A DNA stretch of 64,000 bases. Origin: Candidatus Woesearchaeota archaeon (GTDB taxonomy: Archaea; Nanobdellota; Nanobdellia; Woesearchaeales; GW2011-AR4). The notes under the pieces are model-generated. The model searched no databases, was not told the DNA's origin, and worked only from the letters and a program-made list of their open reading frames with translations. A program made the translations under genes and the position numbers. Below are positions 52,239 to 62,793 of this stretch, piece by piece; within the stretch, counting starts at the first letter, position 1; each line of letters starts with the position of its first letter. Location: the NCBI GenBank assembly GCA_016187495.1, contig JACPJP010000012.1, forward strand, positions 81,150 through 145,149, written 5' to 3'.

Positions 52239-53966
52239 ATGAACATCATTGGCATCAATCAAGTAGGGTATATAAGCTCCGTTGCATTATTAAAGAATGG
52301 CGAATTAATTGCTGCAGCAGCGGAAGAGAGGTTTACCAGGAAAAAGCTGACAAGGATGTTTCCGCATAACGCGCTTGATTTTTGCCTTAAAAAGGGGGGT
52401 ATCTCCATTGAAGATGTTGAGTGCATAGCATTAGGCTGGAACCCTGCAATAAACATCACAAAGCTCCAAAAAGCATTTTCAAATGTGGAGAAACAGAGGT
52501 ATATGGGTGAATATTTTTATTCGTCACCTAGTCATCTCCTTCAGCATATTAAGGACCGGGATTTTGCCTATACTGAACAGCACCTCCACTTCAAAAATAA
52601 GGAATATAGGATATACCATATTAATCACCATGATTCTCATTTAGCTAGCAGTTATTTTGCATCTCCCTTTAAGGAATCTGCAATCTTAAGCGCGGATGGT
52701 TTTGGCGAAAAGGAAACTGTCGTTTTCGCAGTTGGCAAGAAAAATAAGATAGAAAGAATTCAAACTATGGAGTTTCCCCAGTCCTTGGGAATGTTCTATA
52801 GCAGCTTTACCCAATTTCTTGGATTTGAATACGACTCTGACGAGTGGAAAGTCATGGCTATGGCAAGTTTTAAGGAGCCTAAAAATAAGTATTACCCGCA
52901 GGTTAAAAAATTAGTCAGACTTCTTCCAAATGGAACCTTTGAGCTCGATTTGAATTGCTTTGAGTTCTATAATTTTGAGACTACTCCTCTGTATAATCAG
53001 AAATTTATTGATGCTTTTGGGCAGCCAAGGAAACCCGAGGATGAATTAGAAGACAGGCATTTTGAGATTGCAGCAGCAATGCAAAAAGTTGCGGAAGAAA
53101 CTATCTTTCATTGCCTAAACTGGTTATATGAAAAAACAAGGATGAGAAATATTTGCGTAAGCGGCGGCTTTTTTATGAATTCCGTTATTAACGGGAAAAT
53201 ATTGGGCAATACAAAGTTCTCTGATGTATATGTTTCATCAGCGCCCGACGACTCCGGAAATTGTTTTGGCGCTGCATTGTACCTCTATAACCATATCCTT
53301 AGCCAAGAGAAAAGATATGTGCAGAAGAGCAATTATCTTGGCCCTTCTTTTTCGGATAAAGAGATAAAAAATGAGCTGGACAAGTTTAAATTGAAGTACA
53401 AATATATCGAAGATATTGAATCTGTAGCTGCAAAATTGCTTGTGGAAAATAAGATTGTAGCATGGTTCCAGGGTTGTATGGAATTCGGGCAACGGGCTTT
53501 GGGAAACAGGTCTATATTGGCTGACCCGCGCGATCCGTCTATGAAAGATAGGATTAATGAGGCAGTTAAGTATAGGGAAAGCTTCAGGCCATTTGCCCCC
53601 TCCATCCTTAAGGAAAATGTAAGGGAATACTTTGATATTGAAGAGGGTGTTGAGGTTCCATTCATGGAAAAGGTGTATTATATCAAAAAACACAAGAGGT
53701 CAGTAATTCCGGCAGTTTGCCATGTTGATGGAACAGGCAGACTTCAAACAGTCTCTAAAGAAACTAATCCGCGATACTATACGTTAATACAAGAATTTGA
53801 GAAACTAACAGGAGTGCCAGTTATACTAAATACATCATTTAATTTGAAGGGAGAACCAATAGTATTATCAGTGAAAGATGCAATAAGGACATTCTATACC
53901 AGCGGGCTTGATGCTTTGGCCATTGGTAATTATCTAATCGAAAAAGAAATTAAAAATAAAAATTAA
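52239..53966 (+). CDS. NodU/CmcH-family carbamoyltransferase
   Basis: 575 aa. MNIIGINQ....ALLKNGELIAAAAEERFTRKK.. N-terminus, HHDSHLASSY, and C-terminal ..FRPFAPS..VCHVDGTGRLQTV..PVILNTSFN.. Confidence 0.9.
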   Translation: MNIIGINQVGYISSVALLKNGELIAAAAEERFTRKKLTRMFPHNALDFCLKKGGISIEDVECIALGWNPAINITKLQKAFSNVEKQRYMGEYFYSSPSHLLQHIKDRDFAYTEQHLHFKNKEYRIYHINHHDSHLASSYFASPFKESAILSADGFGEKETVVFAVGKKNKIERIQTMEFPQSLGMFYSSFTQFLGFEYDSDEWKVMAMASFKEPKNKYYPQVKKLVRLLPNGTFELDLNCFEFYNFETTPLYNQKFIDAFGQPRKPEDELEDRHFEIAAAMQKVAEETIFHCLNWLYEKTRMRNICVSGGFFMNSVINGKILGNTKFSDVYVSSAPDDSGNCFGAALYLYNHILSQEKRYVQKSNYLGPSFSDKEIKNELDKFKLKYKYIEDIESVAAKLLVENKIVAWFQGCMEFGQRALGNRSILADPRDPSMKDRINEAVKYRESFRPFAPSILKENVREYFDIEEGVEVPFMEKVYYIKKHKRSVIPAVCHVDGTGRLQTVSKETNPRYYTLIQEFEKLTGVPVILNTSFNLKGEPIVLSVKDAIRTFYTSGLDALAIGNYLIEKEIKNKN

Positions 53967-53967
53967 T

Positions 53968-54975
53968 GTGGCAAGGATATTAGTTTCTGGCGGTGCAGGA
54001 TATGTTGGCTCGGCATTAGTCCCTAAACTTTTAGAGATGGGGCATGATGTAATTGTGTTTGACACATTCTGGTATTGGAAATCACCAGAGGAATATCTTG
54101 AAAAGACCGGCTTGCAGGGCAACAAAAATGTAAAGGTCTTAAAAGGGGATTTGCGAAATCGTGATGAGGTAAGGGAGGCCGTTAGAGGTGCTGATACGGT
54201 AATTCAATTAGCTTCTATATCAAATGACCCCAGCTCTGATTTGGATGAGAATTTTACCCATAGCGTTAATTATGATGGCAACATTAATATCATTGACGAA
54301 TCGAAAAAAGCAGGAGTAAAAAGGTTCATTTATGCGTCTTCAGCCAGCGTTTATGGCATAAAAGAGGAGCCTAATGTTACCGAGCATATGAAATTAGAGC
54401 CATTAACTCAATATTCGAAACTAAAGGTTAAAATTGAGAAATATTTGTTGGGACAATTTGACGATAAGTTCAAGGGCGTAATAATCCGACCTTCAACTAT
54501 TTGCGGGTATTCCCCTAGGCAAAGACTGGATGTTGTCGTCAATATTTTAACTAATCTTGCGGTAAACAAGGGCAAAATTAAAGTCTTCGGAGGGGAGCAG
54601 CTAAGGCCCAACATACATATAATGGATATGGTGGATATATATCTGCTATTATGCGAAATCGATATAGGTAAGATAAACAAAAAAATATTCAATGCTGGGT
54701 GGGAAAATCTAAAAGTTGCGGAGATTGCCAAGATTGTCCAGAAAATCGTTAAAAATGTTGATGTAGAATATGCCCCGACAGATGACACGAGATCGTACCA
54801 TGTGTCTTCGAAAAAAATAACTGAGGAATTGGGATTCAAACCTAAATATACTGTCGAAGATGCAATAAAGGAGCTAAAGAAAGCCTTTGAGGAGGGAAAA
54901 ATAAAAAATCCAGATGACGATAGGCATCATAATGTAAAATTAATGAAAAAATTGCTTGGGCATGGTGTATTATGA
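53968..54975 (+). CDS. Extended SDR NAD-dependent sugar epimerase/dehydratase
   Basis: 335 aa. ILVSGGAGYVGSAL; YSKLKVKIE (Y-x-x-x-K). Confidence 0.8.
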   Translation: MARILVSGGAGYVGSALVPKLLEMGHDVIVFDTFWYWKSPEEYLEKTGLQGNKNVKVLKGDLRNRDEVREAVRGADTVIQLASISNDPSSDLDENFTHSVNYDGNINIIDESKKAGVKRFIYASSASVYGIKEEPNVTEHMKLEPLTQYSKLKVKIEKYLLGQFDDKFKGVIIRPSTICGYSPRQRLDVVVNILTNLAVNKGKIKVFGGEQLRPNIHIMDMVDIYLLLCEIDIGKINKKIFNAGWENLKVAEIAKIVQKIVKNVDVEYAPTDDTRSYHVSSKKITEELGFKPKYTVEDAIKELKKAFEEGKIKNPDDDRHHNVKLMKKLLGHGVL

Positions 54976-55961
54976 TCAAGCTTGCAGTTATTGGAAGCAA
55001 TTCTTTTGCTGCCTCGCATTTCATAGATTACGCACTGTCCAATACAAACAATGAAATTTTGGGCGTCAGCAGGCGTCCAGAGAAAAATGATATTTTTCTT
55101 CCTTATAAAAAAAATGGCAATAGTTCACGATTCTCTTTCCACCAATTTGATTTAAATAGAGATATGGCTGAATTATTGGATTTTTTGGACAAGGAACAAC
55201 CAGAAAACATTATCAATTATGCTGCTCAGAGCGAGGTTGGACCGAGTTGGGAAAATCCTATCCATTGGTATAACACAAATGTCATTGGAGTTGTGAACCT
55301 CACTAACCATTTAAGAAAACAGCCTTACGTAAAAAAGTATATCCATATCTCTTCTCCGGAGGTATACGGCTCTTGCGAGGGTAAGGTTAATGAAGATTGT
55401 CCATTTAATCCCAGTACCCCTTACGCGGCTTCCAAAGCCTCAGGGGATATGTTTATTCAAATCCTCATTAAACAATTCACTTTTCCAGCTATCCTTGTAA
55501 GATCGACAAATTACTATGGTCCTGGACAGCAGCTTTTCAAAATAATACCTCGATCCATAATTTACATAAAATCTGGAAAGAAAATCCAACTGCATGGAGG
55601 GGGAAGGGCAATAAAATCTTTCATTCACATTCGAGATGTCTGTGCAGGAATGCTTAAGATAATGGAAAAAGGAAGATTAGGGGAAATTTATCATTTGTCT
55701 CCCCCCTCCTTTTATTCGGTGAGGGATATCGTTCAGCGCATATGCCTTATACTGGGGTGTAATTTTAGTGAAGTGACGCAGGCAGTTGAGGAGCGCCCTG
55801 GACAAGATGCTGCTTACATCATTAGCTCAGAAAAGGCAAAACAGATCGGATGGGAGCCGAAAATTACTATCGATAGTGGTTTGCGCGAATGTGTTGATTG
55901 GGTTAATAAGAACTGGGATGTTATCAAAAAACAGTCTTTACTATATAACCACATTCCTTGA
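54972..55961 (+). CDS. Extended SDR NDP-sugar dehydratase/epimerase/reductase
   Basis: 329 aa. YAASKASGDMF (Y-x-x-x-K); SSPEVYG. 4-nt overlap with the upstream SDR gene. Confidence 0.8.
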   Translation: MIKLAVIGSNSFAASHFIDYALSNTNNEILGVSRRPEKNDIFLPYKKNGNSSRFSFHQFDLNRDMAELLDFLDKEQPENIINYAAQSEVGPSWENPIHWYNTNVIGVVNLTNHLRKQPYVKKYIHISSPEVYGSCEGKVNEDCPFNPSTPYAASKASGDMFIQILIKQFTFPAILVRSTNYYGPGQQLFKIIPRSIIYIKSGKKIQLHGGGRAIKSFIHIRDVCAGMLKIMEKGRLGEIYHLSPPSFYSVRDIVQRICLILGCNFSEVTQAVEERPGQDAAYIISSEKAKQIGWEPKITIDSGLRECVDWVNKNWDVIKKQSLLYNHIP

Positions 55962-56025
55962 TAGAAAGTAGGGTAGATTATAGGATTGACAAAATTGTGA
56001 AAAAATTGATTGAGTATGATGCATT

Positions 56026-57132
56026 ATGGGTATTATTAATTATGTGGAGATAGGGAAAGATAATGACGGTATTAAGGGAGAGCTATTGGAAGCCATTGAA
56101 AAGATTTTAGTTTCAGGAAAGTTTATATTGGGGGAAGAAACAAAAAAATTTGAAGAGAATATAGCCAGGCTCATTAAAACAAAATATGCTGTTGGCGTTA
56201 ATTCTGGCACAGACGCCTTGTTCCTATCCATGAAAGCCTTGGGAATAGGAAAAGGGGATGAAGTGATTGTGCCGGCAAATTCTTTTATATCTTCTGCCAC
56301 GACAGTTGCATTAACTGGCGCTACTCCTGTATTTATAGATGTAAGGGAGAATTACCTCATAGATGAAGGCAAAATTGGCAGCCTTATAACGGAAAAAACC
56401 AAAGCTATTATGCCCGTGGATTTTACAGGTAAGCCCTGCAATATGTCTAAAATTTTAGAGATGGCCAAGAAAAAGGGCTTGTTTTTAATTGAAGATTGCG
56501 CACAGGCAGTTCTAGCTAAATGGGGTAATAAGCCGGTTGGAAGCTTCGGAGTAGGATGTTTCAGCCTCCATCCTATAAAGAACCTTGGAGCTTGCGGTGA
56601 TGGCGGGATCATAACAACAAATGACGGGGAACTGTATGATCAATTAATTCAATTAAGGAATATAGGGCTAAAAAATAGAAATGAAGCAGACATTTTGGGA
56701 TATAACTCGAGATTAGACACGCTTCAGGCTGCAATTTTGAATGTTAAATTGAAGTATTTGGCGGGTGCTACAGAAAAACGAAGAAGGAATGCATTAACGT
56801 ATTATAATCTGCTTAAGGAAAAAAAGATTAGGGAAGTAAAATATGTTCCTCATGACGAGAAAAATGAGTTTTCTGTTTACAGTCTTTTTACAATACAGGC
56901 TGAAAAAAGAGACAAGTTGATGGTATATTTAAAGGATAAGGGAATAGAAACTGCAATTTATTACCCTATTCCAATCCATAAGCAAAAATGTTTTGAATAC
57001 TTAAAAGCCCAAAGCTTGCCTAATGCCGAACTGCAGGCAAAAATGATTTTATCCCTCCCTATTCATGCGCATGTTAGTGAAAAAAACATACAGTTTATAT
57101 GTGATGAGATAAGCAATTTTTATAAAAATTGA
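56026..57132 (+). CDS. DegT/DnrJ/EryC1/StrS-family PLP-dependent sugar aminotransferase
   Basis: 368 aa. ..AVGVNSGTDALFLSMKALGIGKGDEVIVPANSFISSA..; the FSLHPIKNLGACGDGG block contains the PLP lysine. Confidence 0.9.
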   Translation: MGIINYVEIGKDNDGIKGELLEAIEKILVSGKFILGEETKKFEENIARLIKTKYAVGVNSGTDALFLSMKALGIGKGDEVIVPANSFISSATTVALTGATPVFIDVRENYLIDEGKIGSLITEKTKAIMPVDFTGKPCNMSKILEMAKKKGLFLIEDCAQAVLAKWGNKPVGSFGVGCFSLHPIKNLGACGDGGIITTNDGELYDQLIQLRNIGLKNRNEADILGYNSRLDTLQAAILNVKLKYLAGATEKRRRNALTYYNLLKEKKIREVKYVPHDEKNEFSVYSLFTIQAEKRDKLMVYLKDKGIETAIYYPIPIHKQKCFEYLKAQSLPNAELQAKMILSLPIHAHVSEKNIQFICDEISNFYKN

Positions 57133-57154
57133 TTTACCCGATAATAAAATAGGG

Positions 57155-58210
57155 TCATCTAGAATTTGAATTTTTTGAAAATCTACCTAAGTCGTAGTTG
57201 ACCATAATTTTAACGAGCTCGTCAAAACTAGTTTTTGATTTCCAGCCGAGTTTTTTTCTTGCATAAGACGAGTCTCCTACTAATTCATCAACTTCTGCGG
57301 GTCTGAAGTATCTTGGATCTACTCTTACAAGAGGTTTTCCTGTTTTTGAATCAATTCCTTTCTCATTAACTCCCTTGCCTTCCCATCTTATTTCTATACC
57401 TGCAATCCCAAAAGATTTCTCTACAAATTCTCTTACACTATGGGCCTCGCCGGTAGCTATGACAAAATCTTCTGGTTTATCCTGCTGCATCATAAGCCAC
57501 ATAGCCTCAACATATTCAGGGGCATATCCCCAGTCTCTTTTTGCATCGAGGTTTCCAAGTATAAGGTCTTTTTCTATTCCTAATTTTATTTTTGCGACCT
57601 GCTGAGTAATTTTCTTGGAAACAAAGTTTTCCCCCCTCCTTTCAGACTCGTGGTTAAATAGTATTCCATTGCAGCAGAACATGCCGTATGCCTCTCTGAA
57701 GTTAACAGCTATCCAATGAGAGTACAATTTTGCTATCCCATAAGGGCTCCTGGGATAAAAAGGCGTCTTTTCTGTTTGTGGCGTTTCTTGCACTTTGCCA
57801 TATAACTCGCTTGTAGAGGCATTATAAAATCTGACATCCTTTATCATGTTTAAATTCTTTATCGCCTCGAGTATTCTTAGAGTTCCCAAAGCGTCCCCAT
57901 TGGCAGTATATTCAGGAATTTCAAAAGATATTTTTACATGGCTTTGTGCAGCAAGATGGTAGACCTCATGCGGCTTTACTTTTTGCAATATCCTCAAAAT
58001 TGAACTGGAGTCTGTCATATCCCCATAATCCAGCACTAATTTTCCGGTTTTTTCGTGGGCATAGTCATATATGCTTCGCAGCCTTTCCCTGTTGAAAGAG
58101 CTGGATCTTCGTGCAATGCCATATACCTCATAGCCCTTCTTAATCAGAAGCTCCGCTAGGTATGAGCCGTCCTGCCCGGTTACTCCGGTAATTAAAGCGC
58201 GTTTTATCAT
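57155..58210 (-). CDS. gmd: GDP-mannose 4,6-dehydratase
   Basis: 351 aa. Near-collinear with E. coli Gmd: [70 protein letters not shown]. Confidence 0.95.
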   Translation of the reverse strand: MIKRALITGVTGQDGSYLAELLIKKGYEVYGIARRSSSFNRERLRSIYDYAHEKTGKLVLDYGDMTDSSSILRILQKVKPHEVYHLAAQSHVKISFEIPEYTANGDALGTLRILEAIKNLNMIKDVRFYNASTSELYGKVQETPQTEKTPFYPRSPYGIAKLYSHWIAVNFREAYGMFCCNGILFNHESERRGENFVSKKITQQVAKIKLGIEKDLILGNLDAKRDWGYAPEYVEAMWLMMQQDKPEDFVIATGEAHSVREFVEKSFGIAGIEIRWEGKGVNEKGIDSKTGKPLVRVDPRYFRPAEVDELVGDSSYARKKLGWKSKTSFDELVKIMVNYDLGRFSKNSNSR

Positions 58211-58235
58211 GGCAAGTCTGGAATGCTGTCTCTAT

Positions 58236-61166
58236 TTAAATATTTTCTATAAATTTTTCAACAATTCTTGGCTTCTCAGAGCCTTCCCAATTGACTTTCC
58301 AGACTTTTATGTCTGTGCTAGACCCACCACTTTCATGGAAAAGGTCGAAATAGCTTGTTCCGTGGCCGTCAAGGTAAAACAGCTTTGTGAATGTGCTGTT
58401 TGTAAGCTGAGGCGCCATATAAATACTACTGTAAGAGCCGTCTTTATTTATTAGCAGGACCATACCTAAACCTATTGTATCTTTATTGTATTCCCGCACA
58501 TTTATGCCCGATGAGGATGTATAGCTAAACATCTCTGGCCTTTTAATGCCTTCAGCAGTCGGTATGGAAGCATCCATGGAATCAATGTTTATTTCTATAA
58601 AGCCCTGCTGCAAGGGGCATCTTACAATATTATTTGTTATTTGGCATGATTCTTGGCCGATATAGCTTGGCCAAGGAGCTATCCATGCATTAATGTCTGA
58701 TTCACTTTTCAGTTCCTCGATTTCAGAATAATAGCTGGCTGCAGTTTCCCTTGAATAGTTAAACTGGTCCATGAACATCTGTATTACTTTTGCCTCGTTG
58801 TTGTTCTTTCTAAAAGCCTGATGCATCCAGGCTCTGTCGAAATTCCAGCTACCGAAATGCGCCCATACACCCCCCTTTCCGATCATATCTTCGCTGGCAA
58901 TAAGAAAATTCTCAGGAGGCTCGCAATGTGTATATTTTATGACTTTTTCTGATTCCTCTTTGGATAAGCCTTCATTAATCAGCATACCTTTTGCTTCATT
59001 CCTATCCTTAACTAAGACCAATCTGTTGAGAAGCTTTATGGAGTTTGGAGTATTGTTCTTTATTTTGTTTATAGTGTCGAAAGCCTGATTGCCGCCGCAA
59101 TCGAGCATCCTTAGTATACCGACTGTTTCCTTCTCGTCAGAGCTTAAAAGCAGCTTGCCAAGCCAATGCAGCTGAGGATGGTTTTGGGATGCGCCGTCAA
59201 GAGTTACTCTTCTGTCTGCAATATACTTGAACCAATGCCCGAAATCCCACCAGGAATTAATAATTGCATCCGGCTTTGAATTTTCCTTTATTTTAGTCAA
59301 AGCGTTCCACCACCGGTCATTTACATTCGGCAGATAGTTTTTTGCATTATCAATGCCGGCTTTGACAGGCTCTACCAGATAATAAGAAAAGACAAGGAAA
59401 AGCATTACTGCAACAACAGCCTTGTTGAGCTTAGTAAGCTTTGCAATGGTGGATGAAAAAGTTTTATGCAAAAATCCGAAGGTTACGCCTATTCCTATAG
59501 CAACAGGCGGTACAAGCAGCAACACAAAACGCGCGCCTTTTGTAGATGCGTATATTGACGCTGCTATCCATAGGAAGAATAAAACTGCCAGCTTTATATC
59601 AACTTCCTCTTCTGACCTAAAGACCGAGTACAGTGCAAGGGAAAAAGCAATGCCTAAAAGGCCTAAATAATAAATCAGTTCCAAGCCAGTTCCCTTTGGA
59701 GTTACTAAGTAATAAAGGATGGCTATAGACAGCGATGAGATTATGAAGTTCTTAGCCATATTTCTAAAATTTTTGTAAACCAATATTACAATTCCAATAA
59801 GGGCCAAGGAAAAAAACAAGCTGCCCCACATCTGCTCTATAACGTGATTTGTTGAAGCCTCGTTAAACTCGGCAACTGTAGTAAGCACATTGGGCCAAAG
59901 GTTTGCATTTGCCGCAATCTTCACTTTTGTAAATTTAAGCGGGCTTGCATAAGCAGCTTTTATTACATTAAATCCGGAAATTATGCTTAAAGAAATAAAA
60001 GAAGAAATGACAAAGGCAAGAAATGTCGCTGCTGCGTTCTTGGTTCTATGGCTTTTGAAAATGGCTTTAATGCCAAGATTTTGAGGCGTGCGCAAGCCTT
60101 TAATTACGCCGAAAAAATAATCAGCAAATATGGCCATAATTATAAAATCAAAGAGGTACCACCACCCGACCCATGCAAAGCTGTATACTCCTATTGCAAG
60201 GCCCGCTATTGCGGAAAAAACAGCTTTCTTTTTCCATCCTACAGAGGCAAAGGACAAATATGCAAAGAAGACTATCATAACGGGGAAAAATATATTGTAA
60301 ATGTCGCTGTCAGAGCCTATGCTTCTAGCTAAAAATATTGGGTTTACAGAAAGCAAGACGGAGCTTACCACTGCTGCCAAAAGCCCATACACCATTAAGG
60401 CGAGGATATATACTACTATCGCAGTTATTACTGCATAGATAGTTGGCACAATCAGCTGGGCCTGCATAAGGGTAAAATCATCATTAAACGGCTTAACAGC
60501 CTTGTATACGAAGGCTATGGAATACGGATGCAGGCTTTTTGACAATCTTATTTTTTCAGGAGCAAGCGTATACGTATCATAGCATACGCCCTCTTCAATT
60601 ACATCGCAGTTATACTCCCTTTCAACGATATTTTTTGCCTGCCTCAGCCAATAGTATGAGTCTATGTCTCCCATGTAGGTGTATGAGCGGCTCCCTGATT
60701 CATATTGGAAAAAGTCTTTATACTGTTCTGCGTTTAGCACTATCTGCTCGTCAATTACCTTTTTGTTTTCTTTCACAAATTTTATGAATTGCTCGTCAGT
60801 AATTTTTTCCAAGTTTGCTTCTGGCAGCTCAGGATACTGTTGGCTTATCTGGCTCTTTATCTGCTCTCTGAAAAAATTGCGGACATTACCTTCTGACCAA
60901 TCATCGGCTATGGTTAGTCCTATTGCCTGGTACCTTACAAATATTGTAATTATTATAGGGATTATTATCAGGAAGTAAGGCCAATACTTAACAAAAAAAT
61001 GCTTTACATTTTTTGCAGTTCCTTTGATTGTTTTTGTCTGTTCTATTTTTGTCTGCTCGGAACTTTCTTTTTGCTGAATATCGGTTTGCTGAATATTAGC
61101 ATTATAGGCTTTTTCTTTTTTGCTTTTGAGGGCATTCCTAATTTTTGGGAGAAGGTTAATCGGCAT
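58236..61166 (-). CDS. aglB: Archaeal oligosaccharyltransferase AglB (STT3 family), copy 2
   Basis: 976 aa. DIDSYYWLRQ loop-1 motif. WWDFGHWFKYIADRRVTLDG. Long stretches are near-identical in pattern to copy 1 (..GILRMLDCG.., ..THCEPPENF.., ..GVWAHFGSW..). Confidence 0.9.
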   Translation of the reverse strand: MPINLLPKIRNALKSKKEKAYNANIQQTDIQQKESSEQTKIEQTKTIKGTAKNVKHFFVKYWPYFLIIIPIIITIFVRYQAIGLTIADDWSEGNVRNFFREQIKSQISQQYPELPEANLEKITDEQFIKFVKENKKVIDEQIVLNAEQYKDFFQYESGSRSYTYMGDIDSYYWLRQAKNIVEREYNCDVIEEGVCYDTYTLAPEKIRLSKSLHPYSIAFVYKAVKPFNDDFTLMQAQLIVPTIYAVITAIVVYILALMVYGLLAAVVSSVLLSVNPIFLARSIGSDSDIYNIFFPVMIVFFAYLSFASVGWKKKAVFSAIAGLAIGVYSFAWVGWWYLFDFIIMAIFADYFFGVIKGLRTPQNLGIKAIFKSHRTKNAAATFLAFVISSFISLSIISGFNVIKAAYASPLKFTKVKIAANANLWPNVLTTVAEFNEASTNHVIEQMWGSLFFSLALIGIVILVYKNFRNMAKNFIISSLSIAILYYLVTPKGTGLELIYYLGLLGIAFSLALYSVFRSEEEVDIKLAVLFFLWIAASIYASTKGARFVLLLVPPVAIGIGVTFGFLHKTFSSTIAKLTKLNKAVVAVMLFLVFSYYLVEPVKAGIDNAKNYLPNVNDRWWNALTKIKENSKPDAIINSWWDFGHWFKYIADRRVTLDGASQNHPQLHWLGKLLLSSDEKETVGILRMLDCGGNQAFDTINKIKNNTPNSIKLLNRLVLVKDRNEAKGMLINEGLSKEESEKVIKYTHCEPPENFLIASEDMIGKGGVWAHFGSWNFDRAWMHQAFRKNNNEAKVIQMFMDQFNYSRETAASYYSEIEELKSESDINAWIAPWPSYIGQESCQITNNIVRCPLQQGFIEINIDSMDASIPTAEGIKRPEMFSYTSSSGINVREYNKDTIGLGMVLLINKDGSYSSIYMAPQLTNSTFTKLFYLDGHGTSYFDLFHESGGSSTDIKVWKVNWEGSEKPRIVEKFIENI

Positions 61167-61381
61167 TTTTATAATTCGCTTTTTGCTTTATTGAATTTCG
61201 TTTTGCGATTCTAACTTATTTATTCTTACTTTTTGCAAGATTGGCTTAGTGCAGCCACTTCTAATTTAAATGTTTGCTTAGATCTGGTCGTATAAAAAAT
61301 CAAAATGTTTAAATATAAGCTTTCATAACTTTAAAATAGTTATTTAATATATCTACTGTAGTGTACTAAATTAACGAAACA

Positions 61382-61389
61382 TTTAAATA
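61382..61389 (+). promoter_or_regulatory. TATA box (TTTAAATA), one of four TTTAAAT motifs in the aglB2 / surface-protein divergent region
   Basis: TTTAAAT motifs lie near 61266, 61310, 61382 and 61409. GGGGG at 61439-61443 precedes the ATG at 61453. Confidence 0.35.
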
Positions 61390-61452
61390 TAAGATGGCGA
61401 TAATTAGTTTAAATATTACATTAAAATAAAAAAACTTTGGGGGTTTGGTAAA

Positions 61453-62721
61453 ATGATGAAAAAGCTTTTTAGTTTGCTGTCAGTTTTTATAGTCGGTGTT
61501 TTAATGAGTTCTATGGCGTTTGCTGCCATTACTGTTGATTTTGTTAAAGTTAATGGAGATGAGGTAACGGAAAGCGCTACCAATTTTATTCTCGATGTTG
61601 ACAGGGGAGATGAGCTTGATGTGAAGGTAAGATTTAAGTCTGATGCCGATCTTAATGATATGCAGATAGAAGCTGTTTTAAGGGGAGTAGACAGCAGGGA
61701 AACTGTTGATGATATTACCGATACATTTGATGTGAAGGCAAATGTTTCTTATACCAAAACATTATCTTTGCCACTGATTGACAAAATTGATCAGGATAAA
61801 TATAAGCTAAGGATAAGAATTTCCGATAGGGACAGTCCAACAGTTGAGAAGACGTACGAGCTAGATATAGGGACACAAAGGCATGATGTAGCAGTAAAGG
61901 ATGTTGTTTTAAGCCCTAGCACAGAAGTCAAGGCAGGAAGGGCATTGCTCGCTACGGTAAGGGTAAATAACAGGGGAGAAAAAGATGAGGATGGAGTAAA
62001 GGTTGTTGTGAGCATACCTGATCTTGGAGTTTCAGCTGCTGATTTCATTGACGAGCTTGAGGCAGAAGACAAGGACGATGACCAGGCAACAACAGAAGAA
62101 ATGTTTTTGAGAATACCTGATGATGCAGAAACTGGAGAATACGAAGTTGTTGTTGATGTATTCTTTGATGACCTAGACAAGAAAAATACATACATTACTT
62201 CAATATTTGTTTTGGGAGAAGAAGAAGTTGAAGAAGCTCCTAAGGCAGGAGATAAGACAATTATAACAGTTGCTACTGACAAGCAAAGCGCTGCAAAGGG
62301 CCAAGAAGCTGCTTATCCGGTAGCATTGACAAATGTAGGGACAAGCGATAAAACTTATACTATAAGGGCTGACGGAGCTGCATGGGCAAGCTTCCGTGTA
62401 GCACCATCAAATGTGCTGGTAATAGGCGCAGGAGAGAGCAAAGCATTTACAGTTTATGCTTCTGCAGGCAAAGATGCTCCGGTTGGAGAGCAGACATTTA
62501 CAGTGACAATAAGCAGCGGAGACAAAGTGCTTAAGCAGCTTCCTTTGAGCATTAATGTGCAGGAATCGGCAACAGCAGCTGGCTCAACACTCAAGAGAGG
62601 CCTTGAAGTAGGGCTTGTGGTTTTGGTGATCTTGCTTGTAATAATAGGCCTAATAATAGGCTTCAGCAAGCTAAGGGGAGATGAAGAGGAAGAAGGCAAG
62701 GAAGGCAAGGAATATTATTAA
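61453..62721 (+). CDS. Secreted, C-terminally anchored surface protein with CARDB/S-layer-domain-like beta-sandwich repeats
   Basis: 422 aa. Signal peptide MMKKLFSLLSVFIVGVLMSSMAFA. ..AGRALLATVRVNNRGEKDEDGVKVVVSIPDLG.. is CARDB-like. C-terminal TM VGLVVLVILLVIIGLIIGF plus an acidic tail. Confidence 0.75.
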   Translation: MMKKLFSLLSVFIVGVLMSSMAFAAITVDFVKVNGDEVTESATNFILDVDRGDELDVKVRFKSDADLNDMQIEAVLRGVDSRETVDDITDTFDVKANVSYTKTLSLPLIDKIDQDKYKLRIRISDRDSPTVEKTYELDIGTQRHDVAVKDVVLSPSTEVKAGRALLATVRVNNRGEKDEDGVKVVVSIPDLGVSAADFIDELEAEDKDDDQATTEEMFLRIPDDAETGEYEVVVDVFFDDLDKKNTYITSIFVLGEEEVEEAPKAGDKTIITVATDKQSAAKGQEAAYPVALTNVGTSDKTYTIRADGAAWASFRVAPSNVLVIGAGESKAFTVYASAGKDAPVGEQTFTVTISSGDKVLKQLPLSINVQESATAAGSTLKRGLEVGLVVLVILLVIIGLIIGFSKLRGDEEEEGKEGKEYY

Positions 62722-62793
62722 TCCTCTTTTTCTTTTTTAATTTTTATCTTATTTTTATTTTCTTCCTAGGGTAATTATTCGCTTTTGCCTAAA

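Noticed and set aside
53238-53693. Two minus-strand track ORFs (151 and 110 aa) inside the carbamoyltransferase gene.
   Set aside because: They are antisense shadows of a high-confidence 575-aa NodU/CmcH-family frame.
61791-62708. Minus-strand Ser-rich track ORFs (163 and 84 aa).
   Set aside because: They are antisense to the signal-peptide-bearing surface-protein ORF. Their Ser/Thr-rich composition mirrors its Glu/Asp/Val-rich codons.
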